A stretch of 41,914 nt of DNA from Coxiellaceae bacterium UBA6002 (GTDB lineage Bacteria > Pseudomonadota > Gammaproteobacteria > UBA6002), in assembly GCA_002429595.1 (NCBI GenBank), contig DJAM01000148.1, positions 1-41,914 of the forward strand. Direction: 5' to 3'. The position numbers and the translations under genes were made by a program. Of this stretch, positions 25,455 to 34,104 are shown one piece after another. Position 1 is the first letter of the stretch. The number at the start of each line of letters is the position of its first letter. The notes under the pieces were generated by a model. That model was not told where the DNA came from, searched no databases, and saw only the letters and a program-made list of their open reading frames with translations.

Positions 25455-26312
25455 TCAGCGGTTCCCGCTGATCTTTGCAATTTCTTCGCCCATTTTAATG
25501 GGTTGTTGTTCGTAAAAAGAATTTAATTCTACTTTTTGAGGTCCGAATAATACAATCACTGTCGAACCATATTTAAACCTGCCTAATTCGGCACCTTTGT
25601 CTAAGCGTATGTGTTGTCCTTGATATTCTTTGTTGATGATTCGTTTGGAGTCACAAGGTGCTTCGTGCTGTCCCCAGACGGTTTCAATTCCTGCAACTAA
25701 CATAGCGCCGACTAAGATGACGGCAACTTCACCAATTTCGGTATCAAAAAAACAGACTAATCGTTCGTTGCGACAAAATAAATTAGCGACGTGTTGCACC
25801 GATTGATAATTAACAGAAAATAACTTCCCAGGAATATAAACAGTACTTTTTAACGTTCCTGTGATCGGCATGTGAACGCGATGATAATCTTTTGGTGATA
25901 AGTAAACTGTGAAGAAACTGCCTTCTTCATATTGCACGGCATGGCTTTCACTACTGAGTAATTCTTTTAATTTAAATTCAGTTGACTTAGCTTGAAGAAG
26001 TTTTCCAGCATTAATGGTGCCTGATTGTATAACAAAGCCGTCTGCGGGGCTCACAACACTATTGGAATTCGAGTCGATGGGTCTTGCTTCAGGCTTAAGT
26101 GCCCGAGTGAAAAAATCGTTGAAAGTCGCATAATCATTAAAATTGGCTGATTGTGCTTCATCAACGTTTATTTGGAAGGCTTTGATGAAGAGAGCTATTA
26201 AATTATTTTTGATCAGAGGCGATTGCGAATCCGCAAACTTAGCAACCAGGCGTGATAAAAGATGATGCGGCAATAAATGTTGCATCTGACAGGTAAATTT
26301 TTTAAAGACCAT
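25455..26312 (-). CDS. psd: Phosphatidylserine decarboxylase proenzyme
   Basis: 285 aa. C-terminal G-S-T self-cleavage motif (FKYGSTVIVLF). Overall PSD architecture. Confidence 0.85.
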   Translation of the reverse strand: MVFKKFTCQMQHLLPHHLLSRLVAKFADSQSPLIKNNLIALFIKAFQINVDEAQSANFNDYATFNDFFTRALKPEARPIDSNSNSVVSPADGFVIQSGTINAGKLLQAKSTEFKLKELLSSESHAVQYEEGSFFTVYLSPKDYHRVHMPITGTLKSTVYIPGKLFSVNYQSVQHVANLFCRNERLVCFFDTEIGEVAVILVGAMLVAGIETVWGQHEAPCDSKRIINKEYQGQHIRLDKGAELGRFKYGSTVIVLFGPQKVELNSFYEQQPIKMGEEIAKISGNR

Positions 26313-26390
26313 TAGAATTTGCCTAGTTAGCTATTTCAAGAAACATTCGATAGTATAACTTTATGGGGCAACTGGAAAGAGGATACTCCT

Positions 26391-27575
26391 TTGGAAATTT
26401 ATTTGGTTGGTGGCGCTGTTAGGGACTTCCTGCTACTAAAAAAACGTCATCTATTTCTCACCTTACAAGAAGAGCAACACTATTGGTCAGTAGTCGAAAA
26501 AGACTGGGTGGTCGTAGGGGCAACGCCTGAGGAAATGCTGGCGCTAGGATATAAGCAAGTCGGTAAGAGTTTTCCAGTATTTTTGCACCCACATACTAAT
26601 GAAGAATATGCTCTGGCGCGTACCGAGCGCAAAATTGGTAAGGGCTATACTGGCTTTGAGTGCTATTCGAGTCCTGATGTTACCCTAGAAGAAGATTTGC
26701 AGCGAAGAGATTTAACGATCAATGCGATCGCCATGAGAGTCGTTGCTGATCAATATTCTATCAGCAATATTATTGATCCTTTTGAGGGTAGTAAGGATCT
26801 CAACCTAGGAATATTTCGTCATGTTTCGGAAGCCTTTATAGAAGATCCCGTCAGAATTTTGCGAATCGCAAGATTTGCCAGTCGGTTTGAAGATTTTAAT
26901 ATTGCGCCAGAGACGCTAAGTCTTATGAAATCCATGGTCGCTATGGGAGAAGTTGATGCTTTAGTGCCAGAAAGAGTTTGGCAGGAGTGGTATCGGTCTT
27001 TAGAAGAAAAATCACCCTGGCGTTGGTTTGAAATCTTAGAGGATTGTGGCGCCAAGCAAGTTCTTTTTCCAACTCTTAACGATTTAGTATTGAAAAGAAA
27101 GACTTTGCAGTTAGCAGTTAGCAACAATATGAATGAATTAGCACGTTTTACGATTCAGTTATATGATCTGAAGCCAGAAGACCTTGTGCAATTAATAAAA
27201 AAGTATCGGATTCCGAACGACTATTCTGATTTGGCTTATTTGGTGAATAACTTTTATAGCGCTTATTTTGGCGATGAATGGTCGCCCGAAAATTTATTAA
27301 ACCTCTTTGAAAAGGCCGATGCTTTTAGGAGGCGCGTACGTTTTTTGGAGTTTATAAAAATTTGCGAACTTTTAGCCCAAGCGCAAGAACGCACTGTTAA
27401 CATTCCCGATGTTGAGCTGTTATTAGCCGAGTTATTAAAAATAGACAATGAAGCATTGCTAGCGGCTGGCTATAAAGGACCGTTGTTTGCAAAAGCGTTA
27501 AGGAAAGTTAGGCTTGATGTTCTAGCTAAAAAATTGAATTGGCAAGATTGGGATAAGAAGTCTAGAGAATTGTAA
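26391..27575 (+). CDS. cca: CCA-adding tRNA nucleotidyltransferase (class II, HD-domain type)
   Basis: MEIYLVGGAVRD...DWVVVG...YKQVGKSFPVFLHPHTNEEYALARTERKIGKGYTGF...RRDLTINA aligns with E. coli Cca as remembered. TTG start with AGAGGA RBS. Carries a ~17-aa insertion after GGAVRD. Confidence 0.85.
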   Translation: MEIYLVGGAVRDFLLLKKRHLFLTLQEEQHYWSVVEKDWVVVGATPEEMLALGYKQVGKSFPVFLHPHTNEEYALARTERKIGKGYTGFECYSSPDVTLEEDLQRRDLTINAIAMRVVADQYSISNIIDPFEGSKDLNLGIFRHVSEAFIEDPVRILRIARFASRFEDFNIAPETLSLMKSMVAMGEVDALVPERVWQEWYRSLEEKSPWRWFEILEDCGAKQVLFPTLNDLVLKRKTLQLAVSNNMNELARFTIQLYDLKPEDLVQLIKKYRIPNDYSDLAYLVNNFYSAYFGDEWSPENLLNLFEKADAFRRRVRFLEFIKICELLAQAQERTVNIPDVELLLAELLKIDNEALLAAGYKGPLFAKALRKVRLDVLAKKLNWQDWDKKSREL

Positions 27576-27577
27576 AC

Positions 27578-27665
27578 AGGGAATCCTGTCATTACCCCGA
27601 AAGCGGGAATCCATGCTACGTGCAGTTAGATGAATGGATTCCCGCTTTCGCGGGAATGACAGGTT
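27578..27665. repeat. REPIN-like element: two ~30-nt REP-like units in inverted orientation
   Basis: cctgtcattaccccgaaagcgggaatccat (27589-27618) and atggattcccgctttcgcgggaatgacagg (27634-27663) are reverse complements apart from 2 mismatches. The spacer is 15 nt (27619-27633). The element fills the gap between convergent cca and the XRE-family regulator gene. Confidence 0.65.
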
Positions 27666-27687
27666 TGACCCAGGTACATGTATAAAA

Positions 27688-28374
27688 CTAACTTGGATCT
27701 TTTCGTCGGACCCAAATAACAGGAGCTGCACTCAAAATCTCGCGATCATGTAATGCAAATTCTGCGACGGTGCAATCTGGGTTTAAGCAGATTAATGTAT
27801 AAACACCTGGTTGTGAGCCTTGTTTTAATCGACGAAGGATAACCTCATTTTCTTTGGTTTCAATGATGCAATCCATGCCAAGAACGTTGTCGATTGCTTC
27901 GTTGTAGCGTCTTTTCCCAGCAACGTAGTCGCCTTTTTGGTAAAGAGGCTGCATACCATCATCAGGAACGATGAATTCAACGGCATCAGGATTGTGTTGT
28001 CGGAAGGCAAGTAATTCGTTAACAATCGCTCGCTCTTCGGTAATTTCAACGCGATCTTCAAAAGCTTCCTGCATTTGAATTTGCTGTTGGAATAGTTTAT
28101 CACTTAATTGCGGGGGTAAGCCTATACCATAAAGCAACCAGTCAACGGTACAACGAATGCCTTCTTGTCGAAAGACTTCGATTGCTCGTTTGGCACCTTT
28201 CTCGGTTAAGCCACCTGCTTTGGCGTCTTCCCAAGATTGCATGGTACTAGCACTAACGTCGTACTTATCTTCGAGAGCTTTTCGAGATAAACCCGCCATC
28301 ATCCTTAGGCTCTTGAGACGCTTTCCACGCGCTTCAGGAGTTGATTTCTGATCTAAAATATCAGCGACAGCCAT
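27688..28374 (-). CDS. XRE-family HTH transcriptional regulator with C-terminal S24 (LexA/CI)-like domain
   Basis: N-terminal HTH (LKSLRMMAGLSRKALEDKYDVSASTMQSWE). C-terminal ..VPDDGMQPLYQKGDYVAG....VILRRLKQ matches the S24 GDSM.P....GD pattern, but with Gly/Asp where the catalytic Ser is expected. Confidence 0.7.
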   Translation of the reverse strand: MAVADILDQKSTPEARGKRLKSLRMMAGLSRKALEDKYDVSASTMQSWEDAKAGGLTEKGAKRAIEVFRQEGIRCTVDWLLYGIGLPPQLSDKLFQQQIQMQEAFEDRVEITEERAIVNELLAFRQHNPDAVEFIVPDDGMQPLYQKGDYVAGKRRYNEAIDNVLGMDCIIETKENEVILRRLKQGSQPGVYTLICLNPDCTVAEFALHDREILSAAPVIWVRRKDPS

Positions 28375-28430
28375 CGTCTACACCTGTTTAGTTAAAAATT
28401 ATTAAAAAACACAAATTATACATAAAATAT

Positions 28431-28480
28431 TTCAATTTTCATAATTTTTTATAAAAATTGAACTGCATGGCATACCATGC
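28431..28480. promoter_or_regulatory. Two adjacent inverted repeats in a very AT-rich region upstream of the regulator gene (candidate operators)
   Basis: TTCAATTTT-N14-AAAATTGAA (28431-28439 / 28454-28462) and gcatgg-cata-ccatgc (28465-28480). Confidence 0.3.
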
Positions 28481-28658
28481 TTAAATAACTATTAAAAAAT
28501 TCGAATATCACCAAAAAATGACATACTAACATTACTTTTACAGGAGATGAACAGCAATGCTATGTTTTTTACATATAATACCACAGTTTTTTAGAATGTC
28601 TTATATGAAATTTCATATTTTCTTAAGCTTTGTTGCGATATCTGCTTAGAGTTTGTTA

Positions 28659-28841
28659 ATGATTAAAGATTGGCCCCCAGAATTTGACGGTATTAAGATC
28701 GAGCAGAACAAAGTACTTGCTCGGGTAAAAGATACTGATATTTGGCTAGAGCTTGATATCAATGATTCAAAGTGGCTGGCTTATCTGGAGTCCGATCCAC
28801 AGTTGGCGCCATTGTTAGCCTGGTTACAGGCATTTACTTAA
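28659..28841 (+). CDS. Hypothetical small protein (60 aa)
   Basis: ORF only. No recognisable RBS or motif. Convergent with tatC. Confidence 0.2.
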   Translation: MIKDWPPEFDGIKIEQNKVLARVKDTDIWLELDINDSKWLAYLESDPQLAPLLAWLQAFT

Positions 28842-29536
28842 CGAGAGGATTGCCTTGTCATAACGCCTGCGCAAAATAACCCCAATTCATAGAGTAAGCA
28901 CAAGGGTATAGCTAAAAAGATCTGTGAGAGTACATCGGGTGGCGAAAGCAGCATGGCTACGACAAACGCTAGGACTATCACATAACGCCTAGCTGCTCGC
29001 AATCGCTGTAACGAACAGAGATTGAACTTCACTAGTACCACAACAATAACTGGCACCTCAAAACACAGACCAAAAGCGAATAGCATTTGCAGTGCAAAGT
29101 CTAAATATTGACCGATATCAGGCAGCAGTGTCACTTCACTAGGAGCGGTATGGATAAAAAAATGGAAGATGAGAGGCAGCACTAAAAAATAAGCGAATAA
29201 AACCCCAATATAAAAAAGGATCACTGTTGGGAATAGCAATAACCAGATAGCATTTTTTTCGTTCTTATATAAAGCAGGCGAAACAAAAGACCAAATATGA
29301 AAGAAGAAATAAGGTATTAGTAAGAATAACGTTAAAATCAGTGTGAACTTCATCGGAACTAAAAATGTTGCCGTAATCTTAGTAGCAATTAGCTGTTGGG
29401 CGGGTAGATACAAAAGTAGTGGCTTGGTCAGTAAAGAATAAAGTTGATTGGCAAAACAACATAGAATTGCAAACACGACCGCTGTAAAGCTAATGCAGTA
29501 AATGAGCCGGAGTCGTAATTCCATTAAATAATTCAT
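28838..29536 (-). CDS. tatC: Sec-independent protein translocase subunit TatC
   Basis: 232 aa, 6 TM. N-terminal LRLRLIYC.. and overall TatC topology and size. Confidence 0.85.
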   Translation of the reverse strand: MNYLMELRLRLIYCISFTAVVFAILCCFANQLYSLLTKPLLLYLPAQQLIATKITATFLVPMKFTLILTLFLLIPYFFFHIWSFVSPALYKNEKNAIWLLLFPTVILFYIGVLFAYFLVLPLIFHFFIHTAPSEVTLLPDIGQYLDFALQMLFAFGLCFEVPVIVVVLVKFNLCSLQRLRAARRYVIVLAFVVAMLLSPPDVLSQIFLAIPLCLLYELGLFCAGVMTRQSSR

Positions 29537-29540
29537 GGAT

Positions 29541-29753
29541 TTACTGCGATTTCCTTTCGTTGTCGTTAGCCGGATCGGACGGTTTTTGTTCTTCTAATAA
29601 AGTTAATTCTTTTTGTACTTTAGATAGAGAGCCGCGAAGTAAACCTAACCATTTGCCAAGCGTATGAGCGGCTTTGGGTAATTGTTGCGGCCCTAAGACT
29701 ATTAATGCAACCAATAAAACTAATAAGATTTTCCAAAAACTAATTGTTATCAT
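29541..29753 (-). CDS. tatB: Twin-arginine translocase subunit TatB (short form)
   Basis: ISFWKILLVLLVALIVLGPQQLPKAAHTLGKWLGLLRG matches the TatA/B N-terminal TM plus amphipathic helix (LGP..LP). Start ambiguous (29753 or 29771); both overlap the tatA 3' end. Confidence 0.6.
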   Translation of the reverse strand: MITISFWKILLVLLVALIVLGPQQLPKAAHTLGKWLGLLRGSLSKVQKELTLLEEQKPSDPANDNERKSQ

Positions 29754-29904
29754 CGCGATTTTGTTGCTCACTTTCCTTAAGGCCTTTACGAAAGTTTTTT
29801 AGGGCTTGCGCAAGATCCGTCCCAATATTTCGTAAGCGGTTGTTTCCAAGAAGGACATAGGCAAGGACTAATATAACTATTAAGGAAATGAATTTAGCGC
29901 TCAT
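29740..29904 (-). CDS. tatA: Twin-arginine translocase subunit TatA
   Basis: 54-aa ORF missed by the track: MSAKFISLIVILVLAYVLLGNNRLRNIGTDLAQALKNFRKGLKESEQQNRDDNN. TM helix, then LG, then an amphipathic KxFRKG helix. Confidence 0.6.
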   Translation of the reverse strand: MSAKFISLIVILVLAYVLLGNNRLRNIGTDLAQALKNFRKGLKESEQQNRDDNN

Positions 29905-29923
29905 TATTAGTCTCCTTCCTTGA

Positions 29924-30139
29924 TTAATGTGTTATTACAAGCGGATGTGGTGCAATCCATCCCATAAAGTAGCTAAATAACAACAATATAAATAGTAGTA
30001 GGGAAAGACTGATTCGCCAAGTTAGAGCTTTGGCCATGCTTTTAGAGCCAGTTTTATCGCGTAGCATAAAGAAAACAGCGCTTCCTAAGCAATAAACTAT
30101 CGTAATGAGTAGCAAAATAATGATGACTTTTATTATCAT
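29924..30139 (-). CDS. Twin-transmembrane-helix small protein (DUF2909), cytochrome oxidase cluster-associated
   Basis: 71 aa, two TM. ...SKSMAKALTWRISLSLLLF.. pattern as remembered for DUF2909. Lies next to surf1. Confidence 0.55.
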   Translation of the reverse strand: MIIKVIIILLLITIVYCLGSAVFFMLRDKTGSKSMAKALTWRISLSLLLFILLLFSYFMGWIAPHPLVITH

Positions 30140-30168
30140 GTCGTATTTCCTTAGACGGAAGTGAATCC

Positions 30169-30909
30169 TTGGAACAGTTTAAACTACCCTCTATTAGAGT
30201 ACATCTATTTGGTTACTTTTTTTCACCCGGTTGGATTCCAACTGCGGTGACCTGTTTATTGTTACCTTTCTTGATCTCACTTGGATTTTGGCAATTGCAT
30301 CGTGCCGACGAAAAACGTGCTATCGAGAAGGATTATCATCGACAAGGTCAAATTCTACTGCTAAGCGATCTACAAGGTCGGAAATTGCAAAATCTTCGCT
30401 ATCAAAAACTTAAGCTAGCAGGTAGTTTCGATAACGAACGTATTTTCTATATCGATAATAAAAGCTATCAAGGTCGGCCGGGCTTTCAGGTTTTAATGCC
30501 ATTTAAGCCATTGAATGAGTCTAAATGGGTGCTCATAAATAGAGGGTTTATCGAAGGGAGCGATCGTAAAAATTTGCCGAGTATTCAGGAAGTTTCGGGC
30601 CAGAAAGAAGTAGTGGGCTTCATCTTTTTTCCTGGTAAACCATTTTTATTAAAAAAGGAACAGTGGCAGGGTCAATGGCCAGTATTACTTCAAGGCGTCG
30701 ATCTCAAAACGATTGCACAACAATTGAAAGTAGACGTGTATCCCTTTGTTTTATTACAAATAGAGCCTGCTGATCCTGCGTTTATTCGAGATTGGCATCC
30801 GGTCAGCATGCCTTCGTATCGCCATATTGGTTATGCCGTACAATGGTTTGCTTTAGCGCTGACCTTACTTATTATTTATATTCGGGTTAACACCCGTAGG
30901 ATCAAATGA
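30169..30909 (+). CDS. SURF1-family cytochrome oxidase assembly protein
   Basis: 246 aa. N- and C-terminal TM helices. C-terminal HIGYAVQWFALALTLLIIY is typical of SURF1. Confidence 0.8.
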   Translation: MEQFKLPSIRVHLFGYFFSPGWIPTAVTCLLLPFLISLGFWQLHRADEKRAIEKDYHRQGQILLLSDLQGRKLQNLRYQKLKLAGSFDNERIFYIDNKSYQGRPGFQVLMPFKPLNESKWVLINRGFIEGSDRKNLPSIQEVSGQKEVVGFIFFPGKPFLLKKEQWQGQWPVLLQGVDLKTIAQQLKVDVYPFVLLQIEPADPAFIRDWHPVSMPSYRHIGYAVQWFALALTLLIIYIRVNTRRIK

Positions 30910-30916
30910 GGTTCAT

Positions 30917-31498
30917 ATGATGCAACGTAAAACCCTTACATTTTGGCTGATTACGCTTATTTTTTGCATTCCATTGCTAGCCGCCTGGTTTGCTTATTCA
31001 AATGGCCTGTTCTTAAGTGGCAGGACAACGAACCGTGGTACTTTGCTGATACCGCCGATTAGTATTCAAACGCTAGACTTAAAAGATAAAGAAAATCAGC
31101 AAGTGGCTTCTCTGCTTCGAGGTAAATGGTGGTTACTGTATCTCACCGCACAGCCATTAGATGCTGAAAGTCAGCGCAATCTTTACTATATGCGACAAAT
31201 ACGCCAAGCCACCGGCAAGAATCGAGATCGCGTCGCGCGTGCCATCGTGACGGTGCAAGAAAGTTCCAACACGTCTGCGCAATTGGCAAAACAGTTCCCT
31301 GGAACGGCATTCTTTATCATTTCCCCTGAAAAAATTGCAGGACTTGAAAAGGCCACTAAAAAACTTGCATTGGCAAGGGGTTCCCTTTATCTTGTAGATC
31401 CCCTTGGAAATATCATGATGTCATACGCTTTGGATGCGCCCCCGAAAGGAATTTTGAAAGACCTTGAACGTCTATTAAAGGTATCGCAAATTGGTTAA
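30917..31498 (+). CDS. Membrane-anchored hypothetical protein of the oxidase biogenesis cluster (thioredoxin/SCO-like region lacking CxxxC)
   Basis: 193 aa. Single N-terminal TM. GKWWLLYL resembles the SCO/thioredoxin beta-strand but has no Cys pair. Confidence 0.4.
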   Translation: MMQRKTLTFWLITLIFCIPLLAAWFAYSNGLFLSGRTTNRGTLLIPPISIQTLDLKDKENQQVASLLRGKWWLLYLTAQPLDAESQRNLYYMRQIRQATGKNRDRVARAIVTVQESSNTSAQLAKQFPGTAFFIISPEKIAGLEKATKKLALARGSLYLVDPLGNIMMSYALDAPPKGILKDLERLLKVSQIG

Positions 31499-32555
31499 AA
31501 ACAAGAATAGTACTTTCCACCGAATCGCATTTTTGGCCACAATACTTGCTTTCACAGTTGTCATTTTGGGTGCTTATACGCGCCTCAAAGGTGCAGGCCT
31601 TGGTTGTCCAGATTGGCCGGGTTGTTACGGTCAACTTAGCGTTCCCAAAACTGCCAATGCTATTGCGTTAGCTCAGAAACTGTATCCCAATCAACCCGTT
31701 GAAGCGACCAAAGCATGGCCTGAGATGGTGCACCGATATTTTGCCGGAACATTGGTGCTATTAATAGTCACACTTGCTGCTCTTGCTTTTGTAAAACGTA
31801 AGACATTGGGTTCTTCATATAAAGTCACCTGGCTGTTGTTAGGGTGCATTGTGTTCCAAGCATTATTGGGAATGTGGACTGTTACCTTAAAACTTCATCC
31901 CTTAGTTGTTATGGGGCATCTACTAGGTGGTATGACAATTGCGTCCTTGCTTTGGTGGTTGACACTGCGTTCTGGCAATTTGGTGACCAGCGCTAATCAC
32001 AGCTTGAATTATTTAAAACCTTTTTTAGCGATTGGAATTGGAATTGTAGCGATTCAGATTTTCTTGGGTGGCTGGACGAGTGCCAATTATGCGTCCATCG
32101 TGTGTCCTGATTTTCCCTTCTGTCAAAATAGTTTGTTTCCAAAATTTGACTTCGCTCAAGCATTTAATTTTCTAAGACCTATTGGTTTGAATTATCAAGG
32201 CGGAGTGTTAGATGCCACTGCTCGAGTTACAATCCAAATGTGTCATCGTTATGGGGCCTTTATTACGTTTTCTTATATCATCCTATTAGGTTTCTATATT
32301 CTTTTCTCAGGTAAAACATCTGTACTTAAAAATACTGCTGGTATGGTGTTGTTGATATTAGGAACTCAAGTATTTTTAGGCATTTTAAATATTGCCACCT
32401 CTTTATACTTGCCGATTGCTGTTACTCATAATGCTGTTGCGTTATTACTTTTATTATCGATGATTACACTTCGATATCAATTAACGGCACAAGCATTTGA
32501 AAAAATTGCTGTTAGTAAAAAAGAAGCTTTCATTGTAGGAGAACTTTCAACATGA
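31491..32555 (+). CDS. ctaA: Heme A synthase (COX15/CtaA)
   Basis: 354 aa, about 8 TM. GLGCPDWPGCYGQ motif. Conserved His in the TM helices. Confidence 0.8.
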   Translation: MVKNKNSTFHRIAFLATILAFTVVILGAYTRLKGAGLGCPDWPGCYGQLSVPKTANAIALAQKLYPNQPVEATKAWPEMVHRYFAGTLVLLIVTLAALAFVKRKTLGSSYKVTWLLLGCIVFQALLGMWTVTLKLHPLVVMGHLLGGMTIASLLWWLTLRSGNLVTSANHSLNYLKPFLAIGIGIVAIQIFLGGWTSANYASIVCPDFPFCQNSLFPKFDFAQAFNFLRPIGLNYQGGVLDATARVTIQMCHRYGAFITFSYIILLGFYILFSGKTSVLKNTAGMVLLILGTQVFLGILNIATSLYLPIAVTHNAVALLLLLSMITLRYQLTAQAFEKIAVSKKEAFIVGELST

Positions 32556-33427
32556 AATTTCCTTCAGCGTGGCGAAATTATTACGAGTTATGTAAACCAA
32601 GAGTCGTAGCGTTGATGCTGTTGACATCACTCGTTGGTATGCTATTGGCGACCGACGAAATACCTTGGCGCATCTTGTTATTAGGCACAATTGGAATTGG
32701 TTTATCTGCTGGCGCAGGTGGCGTTTTAAATCAACTCATTGATCGAAGAATTGATGGTGTCATGGGCAGAACGAAGCGCAGGCCGATACCCGCTGGTTCT
32801 ATTTCTCCGAGAAAAGCAGCTATTTTTGCTTTTTGCTTAAGTTTGGTCGGTATGTCGGTATTGGTTTTATGTGTTAACGCGCTAACTGCGTTGTTAACTT
32901 TTATTACCTTAATTGGTTATGCATTTATTTATACAGTTTTTCTCAAAAGAGCGACCCCACAAAATATTGTTATTGGTGGTTTAGCTGGTGCAACACCTCC
33001 TCTGTTAGGATGGACTTCCGTCACTAACTCAGTTGACGGTTCTATTTTGCTCTTGGTCTTATTGATTTTTACCTGGACGCCACCACATTTTTGGGCGCTG
33101 GCTATCGCTCGATATGAGGAATATGAAAAAGCTGAAATACCCATGTTGCCAGTCACGCATGGTATTGCCTTTACTAAATTATGTATTGTTTTGTACACCA
33201 TCTTGATGGTGCTAATTTCAGTTTTGCCATATGTCGTAAATTTAAGCGGTATAATTTATTTAAGTGGCGCGTTAGTTTTAGGGACAATTTTTATAATAAA
33301 AAGTGTTGCTTTATATAAAAGTGACAGTCGCGAGGTTGCGATGAATACCTTTTATTATTCAATTTTTTACCTAATGGTCATGTTCTTTATGCTATTGATT
33401 GATCATTATTACTTTATCTGCCAATAG
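32552..33427 (+). CDS. ctaB: Protoheme IX farnesyltransferase (heme O synthase)
   Basis: 291 aa. UbiA-family motifs (NQLIDRRIDGVMGRTKRRPIP...). Start overlaps the ctaA stop. Confidence 0.85.
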   Translation: MKFPSAWRNYYELCKPRVVALMLLTSLVGMLLATDEIPWRILLLGTIGIGLSAGAGGVLNQLIDRRIDGVMGRTKRRPIPAGSISPRKAAIFAFCLSLVGMSVLVLCVNALTALLTFITLIGYAFIYTVFLKRATPQNIVIGGLAGATPPLLGWTSVTNSVDGSILLLVLLIFTWTPPHFWALAIARYEEYEKAEIPMLPVTHGIAFTKLCIVLYTILMVLISVLPYVVNLSGIIYLSGALVLGTIFIIKSVALYKSDSREVAMNTFYYSIFYLMVMFFMLLIDHYYFICQ

Positions 33428-33438
33428 GAGATGTATGA

Positions 33439-34089
33439 ATGTCTAAGAATAATGCTAAACGCCAAATCTTATATGCTGGAATTGCTTTCGCATTAATTGC
33501 GCTGTTATTTGGCGCTTGGTCACAGTTTAATTTACATGATAAAGGGCCTAGAGAATTAGTGTTAAAAAATGGTACCGTTTTTCCACAGCCTCGTATCATT
33601 GAACAATTTGCTCTGCAAAATGCGCCTGATGGAACACCATTTACTAATGAGCAACTTAAAGGCCATTGGAGCATGATGTTTTTTGGTTTTACTCATTGCG
33701 CTAGTTTATGTCCAACCACATTAACAACACTTAATCGCTTTTATCAAAATCTCGAAGCTGCAAATTTTAAAGACTTGCCGCAAGTGATATTTATTTCTAT
33801 CGATCCAGAAAGAGATGACCTCAACCGAGTTGGAACTTTTGTCACTTCTTTTAATAAGAATTTTCACGGAGCAACAGGTACAGAAGAAAAATTGGATAAA
33901 TTAACCGATGAATTAAATATTCTATTTACCAAAGTTAATCCCAATAAAGAAGAAGATTATCAAATTGATCATAGTGGCACAGTGTTATTGTTCGACCCAC
34001 AAGGACATTTGGCCGGATTATTTTCGCCACCGATCGAAGCAAACGATTTGACAGAAGATTACCAAGCGATAGTTAAAAGTAAATCATAG
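33439..34089 (+). CDS. SCO1/SenC copper chaperone
   Basis: 216 aa. Membrane anchor. CxxxCP motif (FTHCASLCPTTL) and conserved downstream His (DHSG). Confidence 0.8.
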   Translation: MSKNNAKRQILYAGIAFALIALLFGAWSQFNLHDKGPRELVLKNGTVFPQPRIIEQFALQNAPDGTPFTNEQLKGHWSMMFFGFTHCASLCPTTLTTLNRFYQNLEAANFKDLPQVIFISIDPERDDLNRVGTFVTSFNKNFHGATGTEEKLDKLTDELNILFTKVNPNKEEDYQIDHSGTVLLFDPQGHLAGLFSPPIEANDLTEDYQAIVKSKS

Positions 34090-34104
34090 GGATTTTTACA
34101 ACGA

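Noticed and set aside
27522-27731. 69-aa ORF spanning the REPIN-like element (contains ...SRFRGNDR...)
   Set aside because: It is generated by reading through the palindromic repeat, which gives the characteristic FRGND-type translation of REP units. It overlaps the 3' end of the regulator gene. It is a repeat artefact.
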